Translations under genes and position numbers: made by a program
Source of the DNA: Bdellovibrionales bacterium
Lineage (GTDB): Bacteria; Bdellovibrionota; Bdellovibrionia; Bdellovibrionales; UBA1609
Length of the DNA stretch: 64,000 nt
Assembly: GCA_027459485.1 (NCBI GenBank)
Contig: DAIDIG010000007.1
Location: forward strand, 81,070-145,069
Reading direction: 5' to 3'
Notes under the pieces: model-generated
What the model saw: the letters and a program-made list of their open reading frames with translations, nothing else
Told to the model about the DNA's origin: nothing
Database searches by the model: none
Shown here: one piece after another, positions 8,453 to 18,759 of the stretch
Layout: each line of letters starts with the position of its first letter
Position numbering within the stretch: the first letter of the stretch is position 1

Positions 8453-10210
8453 ATGTCGATTCAAATTCTCGATAATCAAGTCATTGATCAAATCGCAGCG
8501 GGCGAGGTGGTGGAGCGCCCAGCTCATTTGGTTAAAGAAATTGTCGAAAATGCTCTTGATGCCGGCGCCACCGAAATAACAGTCGATTTCAAAAATGGCG
8601 GTCGTACTGTTCGGGTTGAAGACAATGGCCATGGTATTGTCGCAGCCGAATTGCCTCTCGCCCTCGCCAGGCACGCGACAAGTAAAATCAAAAGCGTTCA
8701 TGACATCTGGCGCATTCAATCTTACGGGTTTCGCGGCGAAGCGCTGGCGAGTATCGCCGCGGTCAGCCGAATGACTTTGACCTCTCGGACTCGCCATGAA
8801 GACGTCGGGCATCGACTCATTGCTGAATACGGTCACGTGGGGCCTGTTCAACCAATCGGTGCGGCTATCGGTACGAGTATCGCCATCGAAGGCCTATTTG
8901 AAAACGTGCCGGCACGTTTAAAATTTTTAAAATCTGACACTGGTGAAGCCGCGGCCATCAAAACCCAAATGAAAGCTTTGGCGCTCGTGCGGCCCGATGT
9001 TTCGGTCCGCATCCGCCATGACGGCGAGTTTGCCGCTTATTGGCCGGCAGTTGAGAATTTTGCCCAACGTGTGAAACAGATTTTAAATGAAGACGAATTG
9101 TATGAGGGGAGAGCCGAGTTGGATGGAGTTCACGTTCACGCCGTTCTTTCGTCACCCGATCGAACGGTCGGCAATTCGCGGCAAATCTGGACACTGGTGC
9201 AACAGCGCTTTGTACAAGATCGGGGCATGCAGGCGGCGGTTCTCGATGCCTATCGTCAACTTCTCATGCATGGCGAATACCCGATTGCCGCCATCGACTT
9301 AAGATGCGACCCAGAGTTTGTCGATGTGAATGTCAGCCCGACCAAATCGCAAGTGAAGTTTCAAAACGCTTCTTTGGTGTTTCGCGCGGTCCATCGGGCC
9401 GTGCGTGACGTATTGGAAAAGGCCCCATGGCGGGTGAATCTGCTTACAACCGCAATAACCCCACCTTTGACACCAGCGCCGCCAATTGCGGTAGATGCGA
9501 CAGAGGCCGCTTGCGACCAACAAGAAAGTTTTGCGTTGAGTTCTGCGCCAGTTACGACGTCACTAGTGTCAGCGCACTCGCCTCAAGTGCGGCGGGTGGA
9601 GTCAACAACCCACGAACCAACAGTGTCATGGTCCGCGCTTGAGGTTCTGGGTCAGGCGAAGATGACCTACATTCTGACTCAGTCGAGAACCGCGGTCGTC
9701 ATTGTCGACCAACATGCGGCCCATGAAAGGATACTGTTTGAGCGGATTATGGTGGGTGTCAGGGTCGGTTCACTTGAAGTACAGAATTTTTTGCTGCCTC
9801 AAACGGTGGAGTTTTCAGAAGAGCTGGCTCATGAACTCATGAACGCGACAGAAGACTGGAACAAGCTCGGGTTTGTGCTCGAAATGACCGGCCCCACGCG
9901 AATTGCCATTCAAGCGGCTCCGGCCATTTTGCCGACCGAGCGACTGCCGGCACTACTTGAATCGATAGCCGATGAGCATGTGCGCCATGGCGGGAGCTTT
10001 CGTCTAGACAAAGCGCTTGGCGACGTGGTTGCGACCATGGCTTGCCATTCTGCCGTTCGCGCCGGCCAAATGTTGAGTATCGAAGAGATGCGGTCACTGC
10101 TCGCGCAAATGGACGAGTTCCCGCTCTCAAGTTTTTGCCCGCATGGGCGCCCGGTTTTTGTTGAGTATCCATTTCACAAGCTTGAGCGGGATTTCGGTCG
10201 AATTGTATGA
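8453..10210 (+). CDS. mutL: DNA mismatch repair protein MutL (endonuclease-type)
   Basis: GHKL ATPase motifs (EIVENALDAG, DNGHGI). DQHAAHERILFE matches the DQHA(X)2E(X)4E endonuclease motif. 585 aa. Confidence 0.93.
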   Translation: MSIQILDNQVIDQIAAGEVVERPAHLVKEIVENALDAGATEITVDFKNGGRTVRVEDNGHGIVAAELPLALARHATSKIKSVHDIWRIQSYGFRGEALASIAAVSRMTLTSRTRHEDVGHRLIAEYGHVGPVQPIGAAIGTSIAIEGLFENVPARLKFLKSDTGEAAAIKTQMKALALVRPDVSVRIRHDGEFAAYWPAVENFAQRVKQILNEDELYEGRAELDGVHVHAVLSSPDRTVGNSRQIWTLVQQRFVQDRGMQAAVLDAYRQLLMHGEYPIAAIDLRCDPEFVDVNVSPTKSQVKFQNASLVFRAVHRAVRDVLEKAPWRVNLLTTAITPPLTPAPPIAVDATEAACDQQESFALSSAPVTTSLVSAHSPQVRRVESTTHEPTVSWSALEVLGQAKMTYILTQSRTAVVIVDQHAAHERILFERIMVGVRVGSLEVQNFLLPQTVEFSEELAHELMNATEDWNKLGFVLEMTGPTRIAIQAAPAILPTERLPALLESIADEHVRHGGSFRLDKALGDVVATMACHSAVRAGQMLSIEEMRSLLAQMDEFPLSSFCPHGRPVFVEYPFHKLERDFGRIV

Positions 10211-11061
10211 TCACATTTGTTGTCGGAGCGACAGGGGCCGGCAAATCGGCCTGGGCCATGCGCGAAGCGGAGCGCGCGGGTGGTCTTATTTTGAATGCCG
10301 ATAGCGTTCAAGTGTACCGCTACTTCGATATCGGCTCGGCAAAACCGACCCTTGAAGACCGGGCGCGAGTCCGCCACGAACTTTACGACATTGTTTCTCC
10401 GGATGATGATTTTACAGCCGGCGAGTACCGGCGCGAGGCGCTGGCCGTGCTCGAGCGCGAGGCCGATCGCCGAGAAGTTTTTATCGTCGGGGGGAGCGGT
10501 TTTTACCTTCAGGCGCTCGAAAACGGAATGTATGACGTGCCCAAAATCGACGAAACGATCAGAGCGCGGGTGGCCGAATGGGAATCGTCGGGCGAAATGT
10601 GGGCTCAATTAAAAAAAGTGGACCCACCCTCGGCTGATCGATTGCCGGCAAAGGACTCGTATCGTGTGCGCCGGGCACTTGAGGCGACTCTCATGGCCGG
10701 GCGCCCTTGGTCTGAAATGTCGCGCGAAATCAAACATAGTCCTCATCGGCTTTCGGCGCGCTTTTCTATTCGAAAAATCGGTATTCAAACGGATCGCGAG
10801 CGGCTGCGAGACAGAATTGTTGAACGAACACGGCAAATGTTTGAGCGGGGGCTTCTCGATGAAGTTAAATCTCTCATTGACCGCGGCTATGAGGATGCAA
10901 AGCCGTTTAATTCAGTTGGATACATTGAATGCAAAGAATATCTCGCGGGGCGGCTACAACGGGCGGACCTCGAAAGCGCGATCGTTACAAGCACTATGCG
11001 ACTTGCCAAAAAACAAATGACTTGGTTTCGTCGCGACCAAGAAATAAACTGGCTACCATGA
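10207..11061 (+). CDS. miaA: tRNA dimethylallyltransferase
   Basis: P-loop GATGAGKS, then ILNADSVQVYRYFDIGSAKP. The start overlaps the mutL stop (ATGA). Confidence 0.93.
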   Translation: MITFVVGATGAGKSAWAMREAERAGGLILNADSVQVYRYFDIGSAKPTLEDRARVRHELYDIVSPDDDFTAGEYRREALAVLEREADRREVFIVGGSGFYLQALENGMYDVPKIDETIRARVAEWESSGEMWAQLKKVDPPSADRLPAKDSYRVRRALEATLMAGRPWSEMSREIKHSPHRLSARFSIRKIGIQTDRERLRDRIVERTRQMFERGLLDEVKSLIDRGYEDAKPFNSVGYIECKEYLAGRLQRADLESAIVTSTMRLAKKQMTWFRRDQEINWLP

Positions 11062-11933
11062 AAAGCATGACGGGTTATGGTGCGGTCGAGGGTCACGCCG
11101 CCGATGCGGAGTTCTCTATCGTGGTTAAGTCGGTGAACGGTCGCTTTCTCGAAACGCGTTTTCATTTGCCGCGTGAGTACTTCTCTCTCGAATCGCAGTT
11201 TAAAAAAGAAATCGCGGCTCTATTAGAACGCGGTACTGTTGACGTGTTCGTGTATCGTCGCGGCTCGGGGGACCTGAGTGTCAGGTTTAACAGTCAAAAT
11301 GCGAAAAAATGGATCAAAGCACATCGCCAAATGGCAAAGGCCCTTCACTTACCGCTCAATGAGAAAAATCTAGCTGAAAAAATTTCGAGCTTACCTCAAG
11401 TATTTGAAACCGGCGATCGTGCGAAGATCGCCGAGAGCGAGGTGCGAGCCGTCCTCAAGGCATTTCGTGCGGCTGTGACTTCGTGTTTACAAGAGCGCGC
11501 CCGCGAAGGGCGTTCTCTCTGTCGCCATCTCGAGTCGGTCTTGCAAAAACTGAAAAAAGTGGTGACGCAGATGGAACGCCTTCGCGAGTCTGCAAATCGG
11601 GACCTTGAAGCGAAGTTGCGCGAACGACTACGCAAAATTTCAAAAGAGTTTACGGCGGAGCCCGCACGTTTTGCCGATGAGCTGGTGTACTATCTCGATA
11701 AAAGCGACATCGGTGAAGAGCTCACGCGATTGGAAGAACATTTAGAAACATGTGCGAAGTCAGTTTCAAGCGGTGAAGTGAGCGGTAAGAAACTTGATTT
11801 CTACGGTCAGGAGCTATTGCGCGAAGTCAACACGATCGGCTCGAAGGCCAATCATGCCCAGTTGACCGAGCTTGTTGTCGAGGCCAAAAGTTTGATTGAG
11901 GCATTTAAAGAGCAGGTACAAAACGTTGAGTGA
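11058..11933 (+). CDS. yicC: YicC family protein
   Basis: ORF-track start 10929 lies inside miaA. ATG 11058 overlaps the miaA stop and gives MKSMTGYG, the typical YicC N-terminus. C-terminal EVNTIGSKAN motif. Confidence 0.85.
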   Translation: MKSMTGYGAVEGHAADAEFSIVVKSVNGRFLETRFHLPREYFSLESQFKKEIAALLERGTVDVFVYRRGSGDLSVRFNSQNAKKWIKAHRQMAKALHLPLNEKNLAEKISSLPQVFETGDRAKIAESEVRAVLKAFRAAVTSCLQERAREGRSLCRHLESVLQKLKKVVTQMERLRESANRDLEAKLRERLRKISKEFTAEPARFADELVYYLDKSDIGEELTRLEEHLETCAKSVSSGEVSGKKLDFYGQELLREVNTIGSKANHAQLTELVVEAKSLIEAFKEQVQNVE

Positions 11934-11961
11934 TCCGGTTACCATCCCAGGCGGAACCAAC

Positions 11962-12513
11962 ATGATCATTGTCGTCGGCCCATCGGGCGTCGGCAAATCG
12001 ACGCTCGTTGATCGCGCCAAAGCTGAATTCTCCCAGCTTTTTGACACGACGACATATACGACCCGCGCGATGCGCAAAGGCGAGAGTGAAGGCAACCCCT
12101 ATCACTTTGTGAGCGAAGAAAAATTTCGCGAGCTAATAGAGCAAGGTTTTTTTATCGAATGGGCGCACGTTCACAACAAGCTCTACGGTACGCCGAAACA
12201 TCAGATCGATGACGCGATTCAGTCGGGTCGAGTCGTGATTATGGACGTCGATATCCAAGGAGCCCGCACCTTTAAAGAAAAATACCCGGCTGCATTTTCA
12301 ATTTTTATCTTGCCGCCCTCGCTTGACGAATTGCGTCAAAGAATAAGTAAGCGAGACAAGATGGATGGAGGCGAACTTGATTTAAGGCTAGAGAATGCGC
12401 GTAAGGAGCTCGCTCAAGCAAAACAGTTCAATATTCAGATCGTCAATGCGGATTTTGGGCTTTGCTACGTTCAATTTAAAAAACTAATTGAAGAAATACT
12501 GAAGAATCGGTAG
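11962..12513 (+). CDS. gmk: guanylate kinase
   Basis: Trimmed to ATG 11962, giving [15 protein letters not shown] (P-loop). [19 protein letters not shown] signature. yicC-gmk-rpoZ-spoT synteny. Confidence 0.93.
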   Translation: MIIVVGPSGVGKSTLVDRAKAEFSQLFDTTTYTTRAMRKGESEGNPYHFVSEEKFRELIEQGFFIEWAHVHNKLYGTPKHQIDDAIQSGRVVIMDVDIQGARTFKEKYPAAFSIFILPPSLDELRQRISKRDKMDGGELDLRLENARKELAQAKQFNIQIVNADFGLCYVQFKKLIEEILKNR

Positions 12514-12544
12514 GTTAGCTACCTTTAATCGTAAGGAGGGTCGT

Positions 12545-12781
12545 ATGGCCCGAGTCACAGTCGAAGATTGCCTCGAAAAAGTAAACAACCGTTTTGGTCT
12601 GGTTATTTTGGTGGCGAAAAGAGCCAAACAGTTATTGAAGGGCGTAGAGCCGGTTGTAACCGCCAAGAGCAACAAATACATCGTGACGTCTTTACGTGAG
12701 GTTGCGGCTGGCAAAGTTTATTACGACGCTGCTTTGAGTGAAAATGCGGATAAACAGATCGAAGCGGATTTGAATCGCTGA
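12545..12781 (+). CDS. rpoZ: DNA-directed RNA polymerase subunit omega
   Basis: 78-aa [33 protein letters not shown]. Confidence 0.93.
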   Translation: MARVTVEDCLEKVNNRFGLVILVAKRAKQLLKGVEPVVTAKSNKYIVTSLREVAAGKVYYDAALSENADKQIEADLNR

Positions 12782-12850
12782 GGGTCGCGTTTCGAGACGA
12801 ATAGCGCTTCATTTTTGTGCAAAATCCGCCGATAGGTCCAGAACCAAACT

Positions 12851-15100
12851 ATGCAAACGGCGAAGATTTTTGCAGAAGCCATAGACGAAAAATCCCCTGA
12901 GACAATCGAAGATTTGATCGCTCGTGTTCGGGCTTACAACCCGCAGGCCGATTTCGCCACATTGAACCGCGCCTATGAGATTGCCCAAAAGGCACATGAA
13001 GGGCAGCTCCGCCGAAGCGGTGAACCCTATATTCTTCATCCTCTTGGAGTGGCAGGAATTTTGGCGGATCTCCATCTCGACGTCGCGAGCCTCGCGACCG
13101 GAATCTTACACGACGTGGTCGAAGACACGACGGTGAGCCTCGACGACATCGAACGCGATTTTGGCAAAACAATCGCCAGTCTTGTTGACGGGGTGACCAA
13201 GCTCTCTCAAATGAATTTTCGTCACACGCATGAAAAGCAAGGCGAGAATATTCGCAAAATGATCATTGCCATGGGCAAAGACGTGCGAGTGATTTTGGTT
13301 AAGCTTGCCGATCGACTGCATAATATGCGCACGCTCAACCATATGCCGCCCGAGAAACAGCGACGTATTGCTGAAGAAACGCTTGATATCTACTCACCGC
13401 TTGCCGGTCGCCTCGGTATCAGCTCGGTTAAAACCGAGCTTGAAGATCTCGGCTTTCGCTACACGAACCCAGAACAATATTATGACCTTGTTCAAACGGT
13501 GCAGAAAAAGAAAAAAGAGCGCGATGCGTATATTCAGGACGTGCGCGACATTCTTAGTAAAGAGATCAAGGCTCGCACGAACTTTCCGTTTGAGATTTCG
13601 GGCCGTTCGAAGCACCTCTATTCAATTTTTAAAAAAATGACGATGCGTAGCCTCGACTACGACCAAATTTACGATCTTCTCGCCTTCCGAGTCATCGTGA
13701 ATTCCGTGCCCGAGTGCTACGAGATTTTGGGGGTCGTCCACTCGATCTTTCGCCCGATCCCAGGCCGTTTCAAAGATTTCATCGCCATGCCTAAGGCGAA
13801 CAACTATCAAAGCTTGCACACCACGGTCGTCGGCCCCGGCGGTGAACGCATCGAAATTCAAATTCGCACCAACGAAATGCACCTCATCGCCGAGTGGGGT
13901 ATCGCCGCGCACTGGAAGTACAAAGAAGAGACGCGGGCCAACAACAACAACATCGAAAAGCTGGCGGTCGATAAATTCAATTGGCTGCGTGAACTCGTGT
14001 CATCGCACCAAGGTACGAACAGCTCCGATGAGTTTCTCGAGAACATCAAGCAGGATTTATTCGAAGGCGAAATTTACGTCTTCACGCCGAAGGGTGACGT
14101 GAAAGAATTGCCGGAGGGCGCGACCCCCGTCGATTTTGCCTTTTCGGTTCATACCGACGTCGGCATGCGCGTGGTGGCTGCGCGGGTGAACGGTCGAATC
14201 GTGACGCTGAAGCATAAACTTCGAAACGGCGACACTGTCGAAGTAATCACATCGAAGAATCAAACCCCAAATAAGGATTGGCTGAAAATCTGCGTCACCT
14301 CGCGGGCAAAATCGAAAATCCGTGCTTTTATAAAGACCGAACAGCGGCGCCGAGCCCAAGAACTTGGCAAAGAGATTCTCGAGCGCAGCTTTCGCAAAGA
14401 GAGTATCCCGCTTCAAAAATATTTCGAGGGCCCGCGTTTTGATAAACTTTTGAAAGACGAAGGTTGCACGAGCCTTGAAGATTTATACATCCGGGTGGGG
14501 TACGGTAAAATCACTCCGCAAAGAGTGATTGAAGCGATCGTCCCGGTCGAGAAAATGCCGAAGCCCGAAGCGGCGCCGACGGGCAAGTCCGATAACTTCT
14601 TAGCGCGCGCGTTCAAATCGGCGGTCGATCGCTCGCGCAAAGCTTCGTCTGTCATCAAGGTCGACGGCATGAACGATGTGCTCGTGCGATATGCGAAGTG
14701 TTGTATGCCGATCCCGGGCGATCCGATTCTGGGTTTTATATCGCGTGGGCGCGGTATTACGGTCCATCGGGCGGACTGCGAAAAGGCTTTTGAAATGGAT
14801 CAGGCGCGTGCGGTCGACGTTGAGTGGGCTCATGTTTCCGCCGAGTCGAAACCGGAACGCCAGGTGCGACTCCGCATTTTGAGCCAAGACAAACCCGGGC
14901 TCCTAAAAAGCATGAGTGAAGTGTTCGCGTCTCGGGGAGTGAACATTCTCAATGTTCAAGCGCGGACGTCGCGCGATATGCGGGCCGTTACGTTGTTCGA
15001 CATTCGCGTTCGCGATGCGCGGCAATTGAACGACGTCATGGTCGATCTGCAAAAGATCGCCGGCATCCTTGAAGTGTCGCGAACTTCACAAAACGATTAG
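12851..15100 (+). CDS. spoT: bifunctional (p)ppGpp synthetase/hydrolase (RelA/SpoT family)
   Basis: 749 aa with HD hydrolase motif (HDVVEDT), synthetase domain (YQSLHTTV, EIQIRT), and TGS and ACT-like C-terminal domains. Confidence 0.93.
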   Translation: MQTAKIFAEAIDEKSPETIEDLIARVRAYNPQADFATLNRAYEIAQKAHEGQLRRSGEPYILHPLGVAGILADLHLDVASLATGILHDVVEDTTVSLDDIERDFGKTIASLVDGVTKLSQMNFRHTHEKQGENIRKMIIAMGKDVRVILVKLADRLHNMRTLNHMPPEKQRRIAEETLDIYSPLAGRLGISSVKTELEDLGFRYTNPEQYYDLVQTVQKKKKERDAYIQDVRDILSKEIKARTNFPFEISGRSKHLYSIFKKMTMRSLDYDQIYDLLAFRVIVNSVPECYEILGVVHSIFRPIPGRFKDFIAMPKANNYQSLHTTVVGPGGERIEIQIRTNEMHLIAEWGIAAHWKYKEETRANNNNIEKLAVDKFNWLRELVSSHQGTNSSDEFLENIKQDLFEGEIYVFTPKGDVKELPEGATPVDFAFSVHTDVGMRVVAARVNGRIVTLKHKLRNGDTVEVITSKNQTPNKDWLKICVTSRAKSKIRAFIKTEQRRRAQELGKEILERSFRKESIPLQKYFEGPRFDKLLKDEGCTSLEDLYIRVGYGKITPQRVIEAIVPVEKMPKPEAAPTGKSDNFLARAFKSAVDRSRKASSVIKVDGMNDVLVRYAKCCMPIPGDPILGFISRGRGITVHRADCEKAFEMDQARAVDVEWAHVSAESKPERQVRLRILSQDKPGLLKSMSEVFASRGVNILNVQARTSRDMRAVTLFDIRVRDARQLNDVMVDLQKIAGILEVSRTSQND

Positions 15101-15148
15101 CGCGTTAGAATGTGCTCGAACGTTCATATGCTAGCGCTAAGGGGCGTG

Positions 15149-16036
15149 TTAAAACGTTTTGCCCCAGCCGACGTTCAGTGAAAGTTCGCTCGCGGTGACC
15201 GTTGATGAGGATGGGTAAATTAAATATTGCACCTCGACGGGGATATAAGGGTTGCCGACTCCATGATAGTGAAAGTCATAACCAGCCGCCAAAGCGTAGG
15301 CCGTGATCGTGGAGATCGAACTTGAAGAAAGTGCGGTCGAGGTTTTAGAAAGCGGAAACATCAAATCCACACCTACGCCGCCCCATAAATTGTTAAGGGT
15401 GAAACGCCCGAGAAGATCGGCTGATAAATAAGTGATTTCCGCCGTACACGCGGCATTGTTACAGAGGCTATTCGTAGCACCTGAGGTATTGAATTGATCA
15501 AACCCGGCCTCACCGCGAAATGAAAACCAGCTCAACAGGGGGTGGTCCATGTAACCCATGAGACGAAACCCCGTTCCGCTCAGAGAGACTTTGCTACTGT
15601 TGTTCAGCGTGACCGAAGCGCTTGAGGACGTGTATCCGAGCATCACACCATAACTCGTGCTTTTGGGGCCCATTGTGGTGCTTTCAGCTTGGTAAGGGCG
15701 CTGACGGTTCATCATGCGACGTTGTTTCATGGCCATGCGCCAGCGTTCGAACTGATCGTGCGGGAAGAGCACAACCGAGTACCCCTGCATGGGTCGTCCT
15801 TTGTAAACCGCTTCAGCAAACCGGCCCGCGACTTTCGTAACTTTGGCCAGTGCCCGTACATGGCCGCTGGCATCGCGAATTTTTAAAATGTCGCCGACAT
15901 TGAACATCGACCCGTCGAGCTGAATCAGTAACTTGTTGCCTTTGATAGCCCGAACTTGAGCGGCTCCCGCAAAAGCTGAAAACAAAAACAGCAAAATCGC
16001 AACAAACAAACTCAGCGATTTATGTTGACGGGCCAT
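15149..16036 (-). CDS. putative outer-membrane protein (small N-domain plus beta-barrel)
   Basis: ORF trimmed to ATG 16036, giving MARQHKSLSLFVAILLFLFSAFAGAAQV (signal peptide). Ser/Thr/Gly-rich beta-strand region ending ...GWGKTF. Confidence 0.55.
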   Translation of the reverse strand: MARQHKSLSLFVAILLFLFSAFAGAAQVRAIKGNKLLIQLDGSMFNVGDILKIRDASGHVRALAKVTKVAGRFAEAVYKGRPMQGYSVVLFPHDQFERWRMAMKQRRMMNRQRPYQAESTTMGPKSTSYGVMLGYTSSSASVTLNNSSKVSLSGTGFRLMGYMDHPLLSWFSFRGEAGFDQFNTSGATNSLCNNAACTAEITYLSADLLGRFTLNNLWGGVGVDLMFPLSKTSTALSSSSISTITAYALAAGYDFHYHGVGNPYIPVEVQYLIYPSSSTVTASELSLNVGWGKTF

Positions 16037-16502
16037 GAGCAACTCCCCCTTTTTGGTGTTGGACTTCGATGTTGAGGATCTGCGCGTGCCCGAGGTGTGC
16101 GGCCTTGGCGATGTCACGCGGCGTGATGGTTGACGCACGAACAGTTAAAAAACGAATTCTGCAACTGGCGTATTGACCGCTCAACATCACTTTTTCCATT
16201 GCGAGAATGACGGGCGACGACCGAACATCGATGAGCGTGGTGATGTCTTCTGACTCATAAGGTGTGGCGATGGCTTCCATCGGCTCGCGCAGAAAATTCG
16301 GAGATTGAGTAGTTACTGCGCAGCGATAGGCAAGAGTGCGATTGGCGTTGAGGCTGTAGGTGCCCACCACATCGTTTTCATTGTCTTCGATAGCTTTTCT
16401 ACCGGTGGATTCGTAAAGCGAGCAACCGGTCACAACGACAGCCGTCAAAAGACAAAATAAAAAAATGGTGTAGGGGGTTCGCCGAAATACATTCCGTAGC
16501 AT
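16020..16502 (-). CDS. putative lipoprotein
   Basis: From ATG 16502: MLRNVFRRTPYTIFLFCLLTAVVVTG-C (lipobox). The ORF-track start at 16550 is an alternative. The start region lies inside a perfect inverted repeat. Confidence 0.5.
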   Translation of the reverse strand: MLRNVFRRTPYTIFLFCLLTAVVVTGCSLYESTGRKAIEDNENDVVGTYSLNANRTLAYRCAVTTQSPNFLREPMEAIATPYESEDITTLIDVRSSPVILAMEKVMLSGQYASCRIRFLTVRASTITPRDIAKAAHLGHAQILNIEVQHQKGGVAHGPST

Positions 16503-16521
16503 ATTCAATATGCTACGGAAT
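16491..16521 (-). promoter_or_regulatory. perfect 14-bp inverted repeat (3-nt spacer) covering the lipoprotein start codon, downstream of ssb
   Basis: ATTCCGTAGCATAT-TCA-ATATGCTACGGAAT read directly. ATG 16502-16500 lies in one arm. Only a weak T-run follows on the minus strand. Confidence 0.45.
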
Positions 16522-16583
16522 AAATGCGTAAAAATAAAGTCTAGACACAAGTCGTGCGGGTGTTGCCCTCAATACATGTTCAG

Positions 16584-17006
16584 CTAAAACGGCAGTTCGT
16601 CGTCTGAATTGAATGTCGGTTCGGGGCCGAAGCTTTCAGATGATGAGGCATTGCTTTGCACATCACGTGATTCGTTCGCACCGCCTAAGAACTGTACGGT
16701 TTGTGCGACCACTTCGGTGGTGTAGCGCTTTTGCCCTTGAGCGTCTTCCCAAGACCGTGTTTGCAGGCGGCCTTCAATGTAAACTTGGCGCCCTTTTGCG
16801 AGATACTTGCCGCATAATTCAGCAAGTTTGCCCCAAACGACAACGCGGTGCCATTCGGTGCGTTCCTGCTTTTTGCCTTCGCGGTCCGTCCAGTTTTCGC
16901 TGGTCGCTAGGCGCAAATGGGCAACAGTTTGTTGTGCTGAGACGTTTTTGATTTCCGGGTCTGCGCCGAGGCGCCCGATGAGCATAACCTTATTGATCCC
17001 TGACAT
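16584..17006 (-). CDS. ssb: single-stranded DNA-binding protein
   Basis: OB-fold N-terminus [18 protein letters not shown] and acidic tail ending DDELPF. GGAGG RBS. Confidence 0.95.
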   Translation of the reverse strand: MSGINKVMLIGRLGADPEIKNVSAQQTVAHLRLATSENWTDREGKKQERTEWHRVVVWGKLAELCGKYLAKGRQVYIEGRLQTRSWEDAQGQKRYTTEVVAQTVQFLGGANESRDVQSNASSSESFGPEPTFNSDDELPF

Positions 17007-17038
17007 TTGATCCCTCCCATGTCAGGGGTTGTCTAACG

Positions 17039-18016
17039 CTAAAACGCGTTGGGGTCAATCGGGGATGGTGTCGGTGGGCTGCCAGCGCCTGTGCCAGTGA
17101 GTTTAAGGGCATAACGGGCGCCACTGGCAGTCAAAGTCTTATATTGATCAAAATTGAGTAAGCTTAACATACTGCCGAAATTTTTTTCGATCGTCGGGTC
17201 TAGGGTCAGATCGATATTGAACTGATAAGGTCCAACCGTCGTGTAGGTGTACCCCGCCTCTTTATTGATTTGCAGTTGCATCGTGCCTTTGATCCGCCCG
17301 AACACGTTATCGCCGGCCTTGCCGATAATACCATTCGTGATAGCGAGCTGCCCGCCATCGAGCTGGGCTTCGAGGTTGACTTGTGAAATGCGTGTATCCG
17401 GCAGCGTCAGTGCCATCAGGGCCGGCACCATACCCGAAGGTATGTGCAGTTTTTCGATTTGTATGGCCGCCGTACCGCTCGGTTGCGTAGCAAACGTGGG
17501 ATCGAAACTACCGTCGATATCCCCCTGTATTCGTCCATCTATTTTGATCGGAAGTTGTGCAAAAGCCGAAAGCCCTTTGAGGTCCAAATCATCGAGCGAT
17601 AAAGCAACCGTTTGCAAACGGACATTGTTGGTCTTATGGCCGACCCGATAATTGACAGAAAGCGAGCCTTTTAAAAAATCATCTACCGACGCGCTGAAAC
17701 CAGGGCTGAAAGTCAGAAGCCCCATCAGGTTTGGCGCCAAATAAATCTCGCCGGCATTGATAGTCGGCAGCATCGCGACATCCACCGACACTTTATTGAG
17801 ACGAAGCGAAGGCGGGAAGAAGCTAAGCCCCATATTGCGAAAATCGAGATACACACCTTGCTCTGCCGCTTTAGCCATCACAAGATCGGACAAATCGTCG
17901 TAAGGAAAAATGAGGACCGCGAAAAAGATTGCCGAAAAGAGAATAAAAAGAAGCAGTTTTTTCTTTTCGCGAAGAACATAAAAAATCGGCCTAAATATCG
18001 CTGCAATTGCGCCCAA
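17039..18016 (-). CDS. gspN: type II secretion system protein N-like
   Basis: 325-aa ORF directly after gspM with one N-terminal TM helix. The assignment is mainly positional (L-M-N order) and topological. Confidence 0.5.
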   Translation of the reverse strand: MGAIAAIFRPIFYVLREKKKLLLFILFSAIFFAVLIFPYDDLSDLVMAKAAEQGVYLDFRNMGLSFFPPSLRLNKVSVDVAMLPTINAGEIYLAPNLMGLLTFSPGFSASVDDFLKGSLSVNYRVGHKTNNVRLQTVALSLDDLDLKGLSAFAQLPIKIDGRIQGDIDGSFDPTFATQPSGTAAIQIEKLHIPSGMVPALMALTLPDTRISQVNLEAQLDGGQLAITNGIIGKAGDNVFGRIKGTMQLQINKEAGYTYTTVGPYQFNIDLTLDPTIEKNFGSMLSLLNFDQYKTLTASGARYALKLTGTGAGSPPTPSPIDPNAF

Positions 18017-18025
18017 TTCAATACC

Positions 18026-18757
18026 TCATTGCGATATGTCGCCCGGGTTAACATGCATCGGGTGCCCATGTTGCATTTGCTCTTTGCGAAATTTCGGTGG
18101 CTCACCCGGCATCGGGCGTTTGCCGCCTCCGCCGAAAGCCGATGGTAAACTGTAAACCGCAAGTTTATAGAGAACATCGAAATAATGCGGATCGGGTGTG
18201 CTCGCTGTCATCTCGAGCCCGACGAGTTTGACATTGGGGTTTTTGCTCTGAAGATCAGTGCCAATCTCGACGATCTGTTTAAGGTTTAATTTTTTTAGTT
18301 TTACGCCGACTCCGGTGACTTGCAGTTTACCGGCAGCGACGCCCGGGCCGAGATCGCTGAGATCGATGTCTGTTGTGCCGCCGTTTTGCTCCGGCAAGAG
18401 AGGGTAGGCCGCCAGCATTTCACTGACCTGACTTTTTAAATCGCCGGCATCGACAGTCCGGGGCATATTGAGCGATTCACCGGCGAGGCGATTCGCGCGT
18501 AGGAGTTCACGAATCAAATTGCGATTGGCGATGTATTGGTCGGTGTTATCCGATGAGCTAGAAAAATAAGAATAGGGGAACATAATCAGACCGGCCACGG
18601 CCAGCACGACGATTGCGGCGAGAAGGCCGCGCTGAGCATTCGGCGAAAGATTTTCGTAGCGCTCGCGCACATTGTTGTAAGCGGGCGACTCTTGAATTCG
18701 CCCCCACAATTCAATGGCATTCTCTTTGAGTTCATCTTTGAGATTTTCGAAGGCCAT
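18026..18757 (-). CDS. gspM: type II secretion system protein M-like
   Basis: 243 aa with a cytoplasmic N-terminus, one TM (LLAAIVVLAVAGLIMF) and a periplasmic domain. The call is positional. Gly/Pro-rich C-terminal tail. Confidence 0.5.
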   Translation of the reverse strand: MAFENLKDELKENAIELWGRIQESPAYNNVRERYENLSPNAQRGLLAAIVVLAVAGLIMFPYSYFSSSSDNTDQYIANRNLIRELLRANRLAGESLNMPRTVDAGDLKSQVSEMLAAYPLLPEQNGGTTDIDLSDLGPGVAAGKLQVTGVGVKLKKLNLKQIVEIGTDLQSKNPNVKLVGLEMTASTPDPHYFDVLYKLAVYSLPSAFGGGGKRPMPGEPPKFRKEQMQHGHPMHVNPGDISQ

Positions 18758-18759
18758 GG

